Assembly (NCBI GenBank): GCA_038087875.1
Contig: CM075990.1
Span: 12,464,001-12,528,000, forward strand
DNA from: Malacoraja senta
Taxonomy: Eukaryota
Direction: 5' to 3'
Length of the DNA stretch: 64,000 nt
The stretch's first letter is position 1. Each line of letters begins with the position of its first letter. This document shows, one piece after another, positions 39,626-51,405 of the stretch. A program made the position numbers and the translations under genes. A model generated the notes under the pieces. That model worked only from the letters and a program-made list of their open reading frames with translations. It was not told the DNA's origin and ran no database searches.

Positions 39626-40043
39626 TTTGTTTTTTTATTTTTATTTTATTAGAAGTAAGTACAATTGTATACAATCATATTTTCATAATACCTTTTATGT
39701 ACAGCTTCTTATTTTTTTAATTTTTTGAAATAAAGAAAAAGAAAAAAGTTAGATAATGAAAAATAGAAAAATGTGAGATATATAGTGTGTGAAAAAGAAA
39801 AATAAAGAATGAAAAAAGAAAGTTGAGACATAGAAAATAGAAGAAAGAGAATAAAAGAAAAGAAGAGAAGAAAAGAAAATAGAAGGAGATCATTTATAAT
39901 CTTGACCATCCGCAGTCACGGTTTAGCTTTTACACCTGTTTTGCACCATACGTTTCCAAAAAGACGACAAATGGAGACCAACTCGTTATGAATTGGTCAA
40001 ATTTATCTATTAGGAGGAATCGCATTTCCTCAAGATGTGCGGT
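39626..40043 (-). mobile_element. 5'-truncated L1-clade LINE with 12-bp TSD
   Basis: TSD ATCTGTATTTGT at 39614-39625 and 40044-40055; peptide TAHLEEMRFLLIDKFDQFITSWSPFV. Confidence 0.82.
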
Positions 40044-41513
40044 ATCTGTATTTGTGCCATATCTTCTACTATCTTGTGATTCGCAAAGCGACTACTTCTG
40101 CAGTTAAAATGCAGCAGATCATATGTACACAGTGGGATCCCATTGAGTACATGCATCAGGGATGGTCTAATAGCCAGTCAGAAGATTGTGAGACTTAAAG
40201 ATAAAGATCGATCTCTCGTGTTACTACTGTACCAGAAGAGTTCTGCATTATCAGTGGTACCATCATGAGGAAGAGATACTAAACCAAAGTTCTGTCCACA
40301 GTTTCAACTGGATTTAAAGACCACTTGGATCGATTTCATTGACGGGTGGACATCTCCCACGTTGTCTTGGCCAATGAATATCCTTCAATCATTGTCGTTA
40401 CAAACAGATTATTGGGCATTCTCAAGTTGACATTTGTCAGATCTTTGCAGAAATTAGCCACCAGGGCTTTACATTACGTGTAGGAAGGAACTGCAGATGC
40501 TGGTTTACACTGAAGATAGAAACAAAAAGCTGGAGTGACTCAGCGGGTCAGACAGCATCTCAGCATCATCAGTGAAGAAGGGTCTCGACCTGAAACTTCA
40601 CCTATTCCTTTTCTCCAGAGCTGCTGTCCGACCCACTGAGTAACTTCTGCTGTTTGTGTTTATCTTAGATCATTACATTAATTTAGTTTATTGTCACGTG
40701 TACCAATGGACAGTGAAAAGCTTTTTTTGTTGCGTGCTATCTAGTCAACGGAAAGACTATACATGATTACAATCAAGCCGTCCAAACTGTATAGAGACAG
40801 GAGAAAGGGTATAACGTTTAATGCAAGGTAAAGTCCGATTAAAAATAGTTTGATGGTCTCTAATGAGGTAGATGATAGGTCAGGACTGCTCTCCAGTTAG
40901 TGATAGGATGGTTAATTTCCCTGGTAACAACAGAAGAAACTCCCTGAATTTGGATAATGGAGTTCCATTATCACAGTGACTCCATTTGAGAGGTACCTTG
41001 CTGGTTGTAACATGTTGTGAATGGTCTTGAGCTAGAATAGCTGTTGTAGAAATGCTAATTTTTTAAATATTTTGTTATCTATAAAGAATATTTCACAGCT
41101 GTTCATTGAATATTGCTCAAGAATCTGGGGTAGACTTGAAATATGATGCACTTTGGTCCAATAGTTTTCTGTTTTTTTCTCATGATTCATTCATGTCCGT
41201 ATTATGCCCCTGCGACCTGTGTTCAAGGGACATAGGACCTCTTCCTCAAAGCCAGGCTGCCAGCCAGCTTCAGCCTTGTGCTCATGTTTGCAGCTGAGGC
41301 TGGTTTGAACAAAGTTAGATACTGTAATTGGTTTCAGAAACTGTGATCGTCCAGTTGGAGTAGGGATGACTTGCAATTGTTGTTACCTGCGGAGATGGGT
41401 GTGTTTCTTTAAATTCCCCCAGTCCAAGACAAAAAGTAGACAATGGTTGATACTTTTTCAGAGGATGGCGGAAGAATCTCTCTTCTTCCTATAACTGAAC
41501 TAGCTTTAGCTGT

Positions 41514-41658
41514 CTGACGGGTCTGAAGAAGGGGCTCGACCCGAAACGTCACCCATTCCTTCTCTCCAGAGAAGCTGCCTGTCCCGCTGTGTTACTCCAG
41601 CATTTCGTGTCTATCTTCGGCTTAAACCGGCATCTGCAGTTCCTTCCTACACATACAG
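41514..41658 (+). mobile_element. Penelope-like element 3' piece with 13-bp TSD
   Basis: Family sequence (...ctgaagaaggg...gaaacgtcacccattcc...gatgctgcctgtcccgctg...cagttccttcctacac) flanked by TAGCTTTAGCTGT at 41501-41513 and 41659-41671. Confidence 0.75.
41519..41554 (+). ncRNA. Minimal hammerhead-ribozyme motif in a Penelope-like element (intact core)
   Basis: GGGT-CTGAAGA-A-GGGGCTCGACCC-GAAAC-GTC-ACCC. Contains CUGANGA, stem II and GAAA, a palindromic ACGU stem III, a GUC cleavage triplet and a 4-bp stem I (GGGU/ACCC). Confidence 0.6.
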
Positions 41659-41789
41659 TAGCTTTAGCTGTACTTTTATCACGACAAACACTGTGGACAA
41701 AGATTAATGGGATATAACTGAGATGTGCTGGCAGTCCTCTGGAGTGAATGAGAAGTGGAAATAATGACCATTTACTTAAATAAATGTGT

Positions 41790-43150
41790 TGGAGAAAATA
41801 ATGAGACTGAAACCAAGATGTCACAGTGACATCTTGCCCACAGCACCAAGGAGGTTGGGTTTTTAAGGAGGTGAATATGGAGAGGAATGCGATGGGTGAT
41901 GCCTTGCAAACTTCCATTGGTTCTAAGATGGTTCCTGCAGATTGGACAGTTGAAAATGTGAGCCTACTATTTAATAAATGTGCAGGACAAAACATGGGGA
42001 ACCATGCATTCGTCTGACATCAGTGGTGGGAAATCTATTATTGAGGAAGTGGTAATGTTGGCCTTTGAAAATGTTGAAATTGGACAGAGCCGATAGAGAT
42101 TTTCAAAGGGGAAATCATGTTTCGTGAGATTCGAACCAGCAGAACAGATAAGTGCTGAGTTTGGACTTTCAAAAGACCTTCAATAGAGCTCGACAGACAA
42201 AAAACAAGATGCCATCTTTCCAAGTGTGGACTGAGAATTGGTTAACGAGAGTTGGGAATGAAGCATGGAGCTTCAGCTTTTCACAATCCATATCAAATTA
42301 TTTGAATGCAAGGGCCAAGTATAATATACCCAAGCTTACTGATAATGCAAAAACCTAGTTGGGATTGATTTGTGAGGATCATATGGGGAGGTTTTGGGGG
42401 GATATAGACAGGTTAAGTGAATGGGCAATTATGTAAGAAATGGAATATAATTGCCTTTGGTAGACCATTTGGAAATGGCGTATCTTTTAAACCGTGGCAG
42501 ATTGAAGGGTATTGGTGTTCAGTGGGATCTGGGTCTTGTGTATGAATTACTGAGTTAATTTGCGGATACAGGGATTGTTCTTTAATGTATAAACATTTGA
42601 GTACAAGTGTAGCAACTTCCTACTGCGATTATATTGCACAATGGTATTATTTTGTCATTTTATAGACAAAATAGATATATAAAACTATCATTTTATAACT
42701 GTCCCGACCTAATCAAGGACAGAGGGAGCATAATAAATGTTTGGCAGTTGAATTTTGATTTGCACAATTTAACCTGCAGAAAGATGGTAAGCTGACTGGC
42801 CCTACACTCTTTAGGATTCATAAGAATGAGAGGTGATCTCATTGAAAGGCACAATATTTTTACAAAGCTTGATGGAGAAATTATGCATTCCTCTGGGCTG
42901 AATAGAACCAAAGTCACAGGCACAAAATTGGAGACCACATTTCAGGAGATGAGAGGAAATGCCTTCATCCTGGCTGTGGTACATCTTCACAATTGCCACA
43001 ATATATTCCATATTTTCAAGAGGGACGTGGGAATATATTTAAGACAGAGATCAAAAGATGTTTGGCTATTAGAGGAATCGAGAGATATCTGGTTAGTTCC
43101 GGAGAGTGATGCTGAGCTGAATGACCAGCCATGAACTCATGGAATGGCAG
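41790..43150 (+). mobile_element. Old degraded CR1-type LINE
   Basis: Remnants VPADWTVENVSLLFNK, LDFQKTF, KLTDNAK, MRGDLIE plus a CR1-like 3' end. Confidence 0.75.
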
Positions 43151-44619
43151 AGCGTGTGTCAGAGGGTTAATGGTCGCCAATTTGCTTCAGTAGTTTGTAC
43201 ACTTGTGTCGTCCTTAAGTTGCCGAACGTACAGCAAGCACAACCTGACTAAGTCTTGTCCAAGTTGTGTCATCTGTGCCTGTGAAGCATCCCTTGGTACG
43301 GCAGCAGAGACAGTTTCGGCACAACCACAACACAGCGTATGGGTCCACGACATGTGTGCACCAGCTGTCTACAACGTTTCCTGCAGCACTGTTTTCAAGT
43401 GCAAAGGAAGCGTTGCATTTTTCTGACATTTGATTTTGCAACATGATTTTGTGCCAGCCATCTTTAGGATGGGCACCCATATTAATTCTTGCAAATGTTT
43501 TCACCCATTCACAATATCTATATTATGCCTTTATCTTTGGATAATAATCTGGTGGTGTGGGGGGGAAAGATCCACCAAGCAGATCCCCTGTTTGCTCTGC
43601 AACACCTTATGCATAGCTATTCCCTTCTGCAGTAAATATTGACACCACGTTTACAAGAACTATAAGATGGCAGAGATATACTATTGTGGTTAATTAGTCC
43701 CTTGTAACAATGCATCGTACAAGATTTAGTTCAACGGTGACATGACTAGACAAAAGAGATCCATTTCAATAACAACCTCTGTCCGTCCTTCAGTAAGTCC
43801 CAACTTTGTTTACAGTTTGGGGTGGCACAGTGGCTCCGTAATAGAAATACCTCCAGGTTCAAGAACAGCTTAGTAAAAACAAGGAACCGCAGATGCTGGT
43901 TTACAAAAATCGACACAAAGTGCTGGGTAACACCACGGGTTAGAGAGCATCTCTGGAGAACGTTTTGGCTCAGGACCCTTTTAGACAGATGGCCCCTATT
44001 GTGCACAATGAGGTTATTCATAGCACAGTAAAAGCTGCTGGAGAAATGTAGGGGTCAGGCAGCATCTGTGGAAGGAAATGCACACTGGGCAAAGAGAATG
44101 GAGTGGAGGGAGTCAGTATAAAGAGGTGAGGGGTTGGGGCAAGAGTTGACACATAATAGGATCTAGGTGAGATGGGGTTGACTGGTGGTTGGAGTCAGGT
44201 GCGGGAGGGGTGGGTGGGTGGGTGTTTGGGATAACAACAGAGTCTTGGATGTGACCAGGTGCTGAGGGGGGTGGAAATAGATGGGGATGGAAAATGGGAG
44301 CAAATAAGGTAGATAGGGTGAACTGATGGGAACATGGTCCTGATAAGAAGAGCATGCGCCATCCACAGCGTACAGGATAACAGCGATAACCTTTAGCGCA
44401 CAATAAAGTCCAGTAAAGTCCACTAAAAGATAGTCCGAGGGTCTCCAATGACTTTAGACCCCATCTCTTTGACCAACTTTTATGGTTACTTGTTGCAAAT
44501 GAAGGCATGTACCAAATTTAGTTTGATAAACATCATGCTTTGGCCAATGGCCGTGCAGTGAATGAAATGTGAGTGAGTGAGTGCAGATGCCAAGAGAGTC
44601 GTTTTGTAAGGAGACCTAC

Positions 44620-45027
44620 CACGCACAACCTTGAGCTCCGTGGTCCCTTGTACAGTTAGTGCGATCCTTGCGTGTTGCTTGTTTTCCGGCTGTCTGTGCA
44701 GCTCGTGCACGACACAGCAGTAGATTCCCTGGTCGTCATGTACCAAGTTGGTGAGGGTGACCCAGAACGTCCCCCTGTGATCGGAGTTCATGTAGACCCC
44801 GTGGTCTTTGTACTGATTGTGGCTGTCCCTTTTGAATGAAGCGTTACGGATGTGGATCTTCTCTGCACATGTGTCATTCTTGCCGCGGCTGAAGTACCAG
44901 AACTTGGCCAAGTGGTCGTGCCTGTACATGAGGTGTCCAGTCAGGCTGCACTTAAAGGTGACATTCAGTCCTTCTGGACACGAGTAGACTGTGTGATCAA
45001 TTGATACCTTCAGCTCCGTGGCCTGAC
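44620..45027 (-). CDS. VSIR: VISTA/B7-H5 IgV-domain exon (408 bp, phase 1-1)
   Basis: cttcccctttcttcag|GT CAG GCC...GTG CGT G|gtaggt. Encodes YSCPEGLNVTFKC...FWYF...TCAEKIHIRN...DQGIYCC, matching the VISTA-specific YxCPEG, TCxE..IRN and YCC pattern. Confidence 0.93.
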
Positions 45028-45148
45028 CTGAAGAAAGGGGAAGAAGTATAAAGATTGTTAGTCCTACCAGACATCTCACGTCAAGAGGCCCCAAGGGACT
45101 TTACAGACTGTGAAAAAGTTGCAAATTAAAATCAAACTAAGCTAAGTG

Positions 45149-45433
45149 GATGACGCAGTGACCCAGTAGAGTTGCTGCCTACAGTGCCAGAGACCCGAGT
45201 TTGATCCTGACTATGGGTGTTGTCCGCACGGTGTTTGTACGTTCTCCCTGTGACCACGTGGGTTTCCTCCGGGTGCTCCGGTTTCCTCCCACACTCCAAA
45301 AACATCCAGGTTTATAGGTTATTTGGCATCAATAAAAATTGACCCAATTGTGTAGGATAGCACTATTGTACGGGGTGATCACTGGGCTGAAGGGCCTGTT
45401 TCCATGCTGTATCTCTAAAGTCTAAAGTCTAAG
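45149..45433 (+). mobile_element. HE1-like V-SINE
   Basis: Head, V-domain and (CTAAAGT)n tail. Confidence 0.8.
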
Positions 45434-46189
45434 TAAAAAGTGCAATTGGAGCATTGTATGCATCATTGTGAGCAACAGCAGCATGATGACTATGGGGAAG
45501 TTACATGGAAACACATTTGACTCCTATACAGTTTAAATCCAAAGCAGCTTTTTTTCTGCTTGTCAATTTTAAAGACCACCTGTAGTTAAAGTTCCTACGA
45601 GACAAATGGCGTCTAATTACTAAAGGGAAAGTGACACGGAAACTGAACCCTAGATATACACCCTAAATGCTGGAGTAACTCAGCGGGATAGGCAGCATCT
45701 CTGGATAGAAGGAATGCGTGACGTTTCTGATCAAGACCCTTCTTCAGATCTTGCTGCCTGTCCTGCTGGAGCATTACGCCAGCATTTTGTGTCTATCTTG
45801 TGTCTAAACCAGCCTCTACAGTTCCTTCCTACGCAGTTTTGAACCCTATATTCTTTTTAATTCAAGGCTCCTTTTTCCGCACTCGTCAATTTCCAACATA
45901 GCATTTAAGTGGTTCTCCAGTTCCCAATTAAACTCTGTGCTGTGTTGCCTCAGACCTTGCTTTCCAATCACCTTGAATCTACCAGCTGTAGTCACCGAGC
46001 TGTATGCCATGAGAAAGGGGTTCTGCTGGAGACATGAACATTAGCAAACAGCTGAATTGCATCAATCACAGAGCAGCTGAACTGTCTCTTTCATTTCCTC
46101 ATCACAGTGGGAAGTATACCCTGAGCTTGGTTCACAGGTGCCTTGGTTATTTCTGTCTGATTCTCCCTATATTAGCAAGAGCACTGATC

Positions 46190-46630
46190 CCAATTGAAAA
46201 ATATCTTCAGTTAGACAAAGGCTGATTAGAGATATATTGAACATGGTTTTGTATGTGGGAGATCATGCCTCATGAATCTGATCGAGTTTATTGAAGAAGT
46301 AACCATGAAGGTTGACAGCAGGGCCATAAACAATGTAAATATGGACTTCAGCAAGGCCGTTGATAAGGTTCAGCATGGTAGACTGCTCTGGAAGGTTAGG
46401 TCGCATAGTATCCAGAGAGAATTATCCGCTTGGTTATAGAATTGGCTTCATAGAAGGCACGAGAGGGTAATGGATCAAGGTTATTTTTTGCACTGAAGGC
46501 CTGTGATTAATGGTGAGCCTCAGGGATCAGTGCTGAGTCCATCGCTATCTGTGGTTTATGTCAATGATTCAGATGAGAATGTGTAAGGTATGATTCGCAA
46601 GTTTGCAGATGACACAAAAGTAGACAGTGA
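46190..46630 (+). mobile_element. CR1-type LINE reverse transcriptase fragment (decayed)
   Basis: Translates as CLMNLIEFIEEVT...MDFSKAVDKV.HGRLL.K...PQGSVLSP...YVND...KFADDTKV, with stops and frameshifts. Confidence 0.88.
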
Positions 46631-47024
46631 GGAGTATTTGATTTTTCCACTCCAGGAGAAAGGTTCTGACTGTCTACCCAATCTATCCATCCCATAATTC
46701 GCTGTGACCGTGTAGGTTTCCTCCGGGTTCTCTGGTTTCCTCCCACATCCCAAAGACATAAGTTCACAAGTTATAGGAGTAGAATTAGGCCTCTCGGCCC
46801 ATCAAGTCTACTCCGCCATTCAATCAAGGCTGATCTCTGCCACCTAATCCCATTTTCCTGCCTTCTCCCTATATCCCTTGACACCCGTTCTAATCAAGAA
46901 TTTGTCTATCTCTGCCTTAAAAATATCCACTGACTTGGCCACCACAGCCCTCTGTGGCAATGAGTTCCGCAGATTAACTACCCTCTGACATGCGGATTTG
47001 TTGGTTAATTTGCCTCTGTAAATT

Positions 47025-47325
47025 AAGTAAGTAAGTAAGTTTATTGGCCAAGTATTCACATACAAGGAATTAGCCTTGGTGCTCCGCCCACAAGTAACAA
47101 CATGACATACAGTGACAGTTACGAATGACTCAGAAAACACTAAACATTAATAATAATAAAACATTAATGATAAAACACCATTGATCAAGCATGTGAACCA
47201 ACAAAATACCAGATCAAAGGGAGGCTACAGATTTTTGGCTGTTGAGTAGAGCAACTACTCGTGGATAAAAACTGTTTTTATGTCTGGCTGTGGCAGCTTT
47301 GACAGTCCGGAGTCGCCTTCCTTCG
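47025..47325 (-). mobile_element. Rex1/Babar-like LINE 3' end
   Basis: GRRLRTVKAATARHKNSFYPRVVALLNS with an (ACTT)n tail. Confidence 0.72.
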
Positions 47326-47539
47326 AGTGTAGATAATGAATGCGGAAGTGGGATAACATCTTCTTCTATCATGTCCATCTTCCATGTCACAAATGTTGAC
47401 ATCGCTGTCATCGTCCGTCCTGAAAAGGACGCGAGCTTCCGGCGACAATCAGTGACATAGAACGTATGAATAGTTGGCGTGGGCTCTGTGGGCCGAAGGG
47501 CCTGTTTATATGCTGTATCCCTAAACTAAACGAAACTCG

Positions 47540-48018
47540 ACTTCTATCAGGTTGGAGGATCTCTGCAACCTCCTTACAAAAAGCACGTCCCTTGTGGATT
47601 TTAATACAAAGTGATGTGTGCTTATGTCTGGGTCTCGTGGATTCACCCCCACACCTGATCACTGCCTCTGGTTTCCTCCCTTATCTCCCCATTTACAACA
47701 TCTATTCTGGAAGCAGCAGTAGCTTCCGTTAACAATGGGAAGACTGTCTCCAAGGACAGGCTCACAACTGTGCAACTGTGCTGACATCTGTCCGATCTTG
47801 CAATGAGTCGGGTAGCACATGCTGAACCCGTCACCACACTGCACACACACACACAGAAACCCAACAAAACCACGGCAAGAACCTTGCCTGCAAAGATCAG
47901 TGTCGCAATGGGACATTTACACACAGTGTTAAAGTGGCAGGCAATCCTTCCTTTAACACTGGTTACATCTAGTCCAGCGATGCAGGAGGTTGCAGAGACC
48001 ATCCAACCGGAGAGAAGT
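47540..48018. mobile_element. Unclassified inverted-repeat-bounded element
   Basis: 35-bp arms at 47540-47574 and 47984-48018 match at 31/35 positions; no clear TSD. Confidence 0.55.
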
Positions 48019-48027
48019 AAAGTTTAA

Positions 48028-48428
48028 TGTGTAAGAAGGAGCTGCAGATGCCGGTTTAAACCGAAGATAGACACAAAATGCTGGAGTAACTCAGCGGGAC
48101 AGGCAGCGTCTCTGGAGAGAAGGAATGGGCGACGATTCGGGTCGAGACCCTTCTTCAGACTGGTTAGGGATAAGGGAAGCGAGAGATATAGACGGTGATC
48201 TGGAGAGATGAAGAACAATGAATGAAAGAAATGCAAAAAAATAAAGATGATAAAGGAAACAGGCCATTGTAAGCTGTTTGAGGCAAAGGGGTCTTTCCCG
48301 CCCCCCTCCACCCCCCCCCCCCCCCCGACATCAGTCTGAAGAAGGGTCTCGACCCGAAACGTCGCCTATTCCTTCTCTCCATAGATGCTGCCTCATCCGC
48401 GGAGTTTCTCCAGCAATTTTTGTCTACC
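48028..48428. mobile_element. Penelope-like fold-back element
   Basis: Antisense arm 48028-48290 and sense arm 48330-48428. Further copies (approximate): 170-410, 2209-2308, 2690-3002, 4180-4325, 5063-5362, 9514-9702, 11367-11495, 14322-14432, 20345-20635, 23563-23918, 26848-27050, 31537-31657, 32348-32445, 35478-35682, 36288-36513, 36705-36908, 40477-40666, 43880-44080, 45652-45833, 53503-53717, 56718-56918, 57339-57458, 58980-59345, 63583-63748. Confidence 0.7.
48333..48366 (+). ncRNA. Minimal hammerhead-ribozyme motif (intact core)
   Basis: AGT-CTGAAGA-A-GGGTCTCGACCC-GAAAC-GTC-GCC; perfect stem II. Confidence 0.55.
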
Positions 48429-48752
48429 ATAGTGAATTTAGTGTTTAGTTCACCAGGGAATTCATCCAACCCAAAACTAATGTCACCAGACCACCAGACG
48501 ATCTCCTCATGATCCCGTCTGGCTAATGTCCCAGTGTGTTGGCATTCTGTTTAATTGGTTGAGGGTTCATTCTGTTTACCAGTCATCGGACATTTTGTGA
48601 ATTCTGCATCAAGCACAATTCAATATTTCCGCTCCGCAGTGGGGACTTGTGGCGACATAGTCCTAGCTGACATTTGAACACAGCCGCCGCATGGGACACC
48701 ACACTATTTACAGGTGTCATCTTCCAAATGGACCTTTTAGAGCAATTTGTAG

Positions 48753-49025
48753 GGACACTGCTTCACCGCACCAGAGAACTGGGTTCGATCCTGACCGCGG
48801 GTGCTGTCTGGGTGGAGTTTGCACGTTCTCCCTGTGACAGCGTGGGTCCCCCCCCCCCCCACATCACAAAGTCGCGTGGATTGGCAGGTTAATTGGTCTC
48901 TGGAAATTGTCCCTGGTGTGTAGAAAGTGGATGCGAAAGTGGGGATAACAGAGAACTGGTGATCAATGGTTGGCGTGGACAAAATGGGCCGAAGGGCCTG
49001 TTACCATGCTGTACCTTTCAATCAA
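48753..49025 (+). mobile_element. HE1-like V-SINE (diverged)
   Basis: B box GGTTCGATCC and tail GGGCCGAAGGGCCTGTT. Confidence 0.7.
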
Positions 49026-49627
49026 CAAATCTGAGGGTCCCATCTCTCCCTTGTGGTGGTCACAAAAGCCCACACACTTCTCTTCTCTCATGGTCACTAT
49101 TTTGTCTCTTGCTGTTTCTGGCATAAACAAATATCACACGTCAAAATATCTGGTAATTAGCTCCTCAGGGGCATGTTGTGTGAAAAGCGATAGTTGAGCT
49201 TTCCCATGTAATGGCAGCAGTCAACTACTCATGTTCTCCAGAGATGCTGCCTGGCCCGCTGAGTTACTCCAGCACTTTGTGACTTGCTTTGCATTTATTC
49301 ACAGGATGCAAAGTGCTTGGGGATTCTCTGAGGAAATGGCTTTCTTTCTGGAAGGTGGTGGCCCCATCATGGAACAAATTGTAAATGAATGCAAGTCCCC
49401 ATTATAAAAAGGCAAACATTAAAAGGCAGAATCTGGAAGTCTGAAATAAAACAAAAATACTGTAGAGGTATTAGAAACATAGAAAATAGATGCAGGAGGA
49501 GGCCATTCGGCCCTTCGAGCCAGCACCGCCATTCATTGTGATCATGGCTGATCGTCCCCAATCAATAACCCGTGTCTGCCTTCTCCCCATATCCCTTGAC
49601 TCCACTAGCCCCTAGAGCTCTATCTAA

Positions 49628-50092
49628 AGGGCCTGTCCCAAGGGCATGCGACTCCATGCGGCAAGCGCGACCTAATCGGATGCGGGGGCCACGCGGAGGT
49701 CGCGGGGCCGGTCCCACTTCGATCGCCGGAGCCGTATGGAGTTGTGCGGAGCTGGTCCCGACATCGCGCGGGGCTCCGTAAAACTGACACTGTTCAAAAA
49801 TTCCGCGCGGCAACGGCCTGCCGGCCCGCAGCCGCATCGAGGCCGTGCGCGCCGCATCAAGGCCATGAGCGCCGCATCGATGGCCGTGCGCACCGCCTGG
49901 ACGCCGGACGCACCGTCTTGACGTCACTCGACCTCCGCGCGGCCCCCGCTTCCGGTTTGATAGCGCTTGCCGCATGCAGCCGCATGCTGGTGGGACCGGC
50001 CCTGTACGGGGATCACTCGACCTCCGCGCGGCCCCCGCTTCCGGTTAGGTCGCGCTTGCTGCATGGAGTCGCATGCCCGTGGGACAGGCCCT
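49628..50092. mobile_element. PIF/Harbinger-type MITE inserted into a CR1-like LINE tail
   Basis: TAA TSD. Removing the element and one TAA restores gagctctatcTAAc..., as in the uninterrupted LINE copy near 20955-20970. Confidence 0.9.
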
Positions 50093-51091
50093 TAACTCTT
50101 TCTTAAATCCATCCAGTGACTTGGCCTCCACTGCCCTCTGTGGCAGGGAATTCCATAAATTCACAACTCTCTGGGTGAAAAAGTTTTTTCTCACCTCAGT
50201 CTTAAATGACCTCCCCTTTACTCTAAGACTGTGTGGCCCCTGGTTCTGGACTCGCCCAACATTGGGAACATTTTTCCTGCATCTAGCTTGTCCAGTCCTT
50301 TTATAATTTTATATGTTTCTATAAGATCCCATTCTATAAGATCCCAGTCTATAAGATTCTATTGATATTCTGCAGGTCAGGCTGCATCTGTAGAGAGAGA
50401 ATTCATGTTTCAGCTCATGATTCTAAACTTTAGTAAAAATGTGTTAGCGTCACAGACTGGTGAAGCTGCTTTTTGCTACTCAATGAAAACCCATGGACTG
50501 GACTTGGTAACTCTGCGGATGCCACCTGGTCGGCTGGGTAACCCGAGCACTTTCTCTTTAGTTCCAAAATGATCCAGCTGTTACTGATTAGCTTTGTCCA
50601 CATCAATCTTACTGGATTTGTTTCCAACAAAATAAGTTGCATGCCAGGAAGAAATAAACTTCAGGCCCTGAGGCTAGTTGGCTGTTGCTCTCACCAGACA
50701 TGCAAGGAAGCATGCAGTCGGTACTGGGATGGTCTCCAGGCTACGTTCCATTAACAATGATTCATCTTCATGACTAAAGCCCTCTCCTTGGCTGCTCTGG
50801 AACGTACGGGCTCACAGTCAGCTTTGGATTGTGACATCCTTGCCTCTAAACGTCCAAGCTAAGTTCCCAATCACTGCATGAGCCCTCAGATTCTGATCCT
50901 GTTCTCATTAGAATTCTGTTCTCTCCTTTTCTGACACAAATAGACGTGACTTTATGTTCTTATCAATGTCTCGGATGGTAGCACCTTGGACAAAGAGCTC
51001 AGGGTTTTAATTCCAAAAACAAGATACAGCAGATGATGGAAGTCAAAGTCAAGAGCCTGAAAATGCAGGCCGCACAGCATCTGTTGAGGGA

Positions 51092-51405
51092 GGGCAGCAC
51101 AGTGGCGCAGCAGTAGAGTTGCTGACATACAGTACTTACAGCGCCAGATACCCGGGATCGATCCCGACTATGGGCGCTCTCTGTAAGGACTTTGTTTGTT
51201 CTTCCCGTGACCATGTAGGTTTACTCCGAGATCTTCGGTTTCCTCCCACATTCCAATATCGTACAGATTTGTACGTTAATTGGCTTGGTATAAGTGTAAT
51301 TGTCCCAGTGTGTGTAGGATGGTGTTAATGTGCGGGGATTGCTGGTCGGTGCAGGTCCAGGGGACCAAAGGGCCTGTTTCCGCACTGTATCTCTAAACTA
51401 AACTA
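51092..51405 (+). mobile_element. HE1-like V-SINE, full length
   Basis: GGCAGCACAGTGGCGCAGCAGTAGAG...TCTCTAAACTAAACTA. Confidence 0.85.

Noticed and set aside
41340..41386. Alternative VSIR stalk exon (GNNNCKSSLLQLDDH)
   Set aside because: Weak donor; 39294-39362 has canonical sites and better similarity to human.
44486..45094. 202-aa ORF as a single-exon secreted Ig protein
   Set aside because: It starts at a non-ATG codon. The hydrophobic leader is the translated polypyrimidine tract, and good splice sites delimit 44620-45027.
51092..51170. tRNA gene
   Set aside because: It is the tRNA-derived head of a SINE, continuing into the V-domain and LINE tail.
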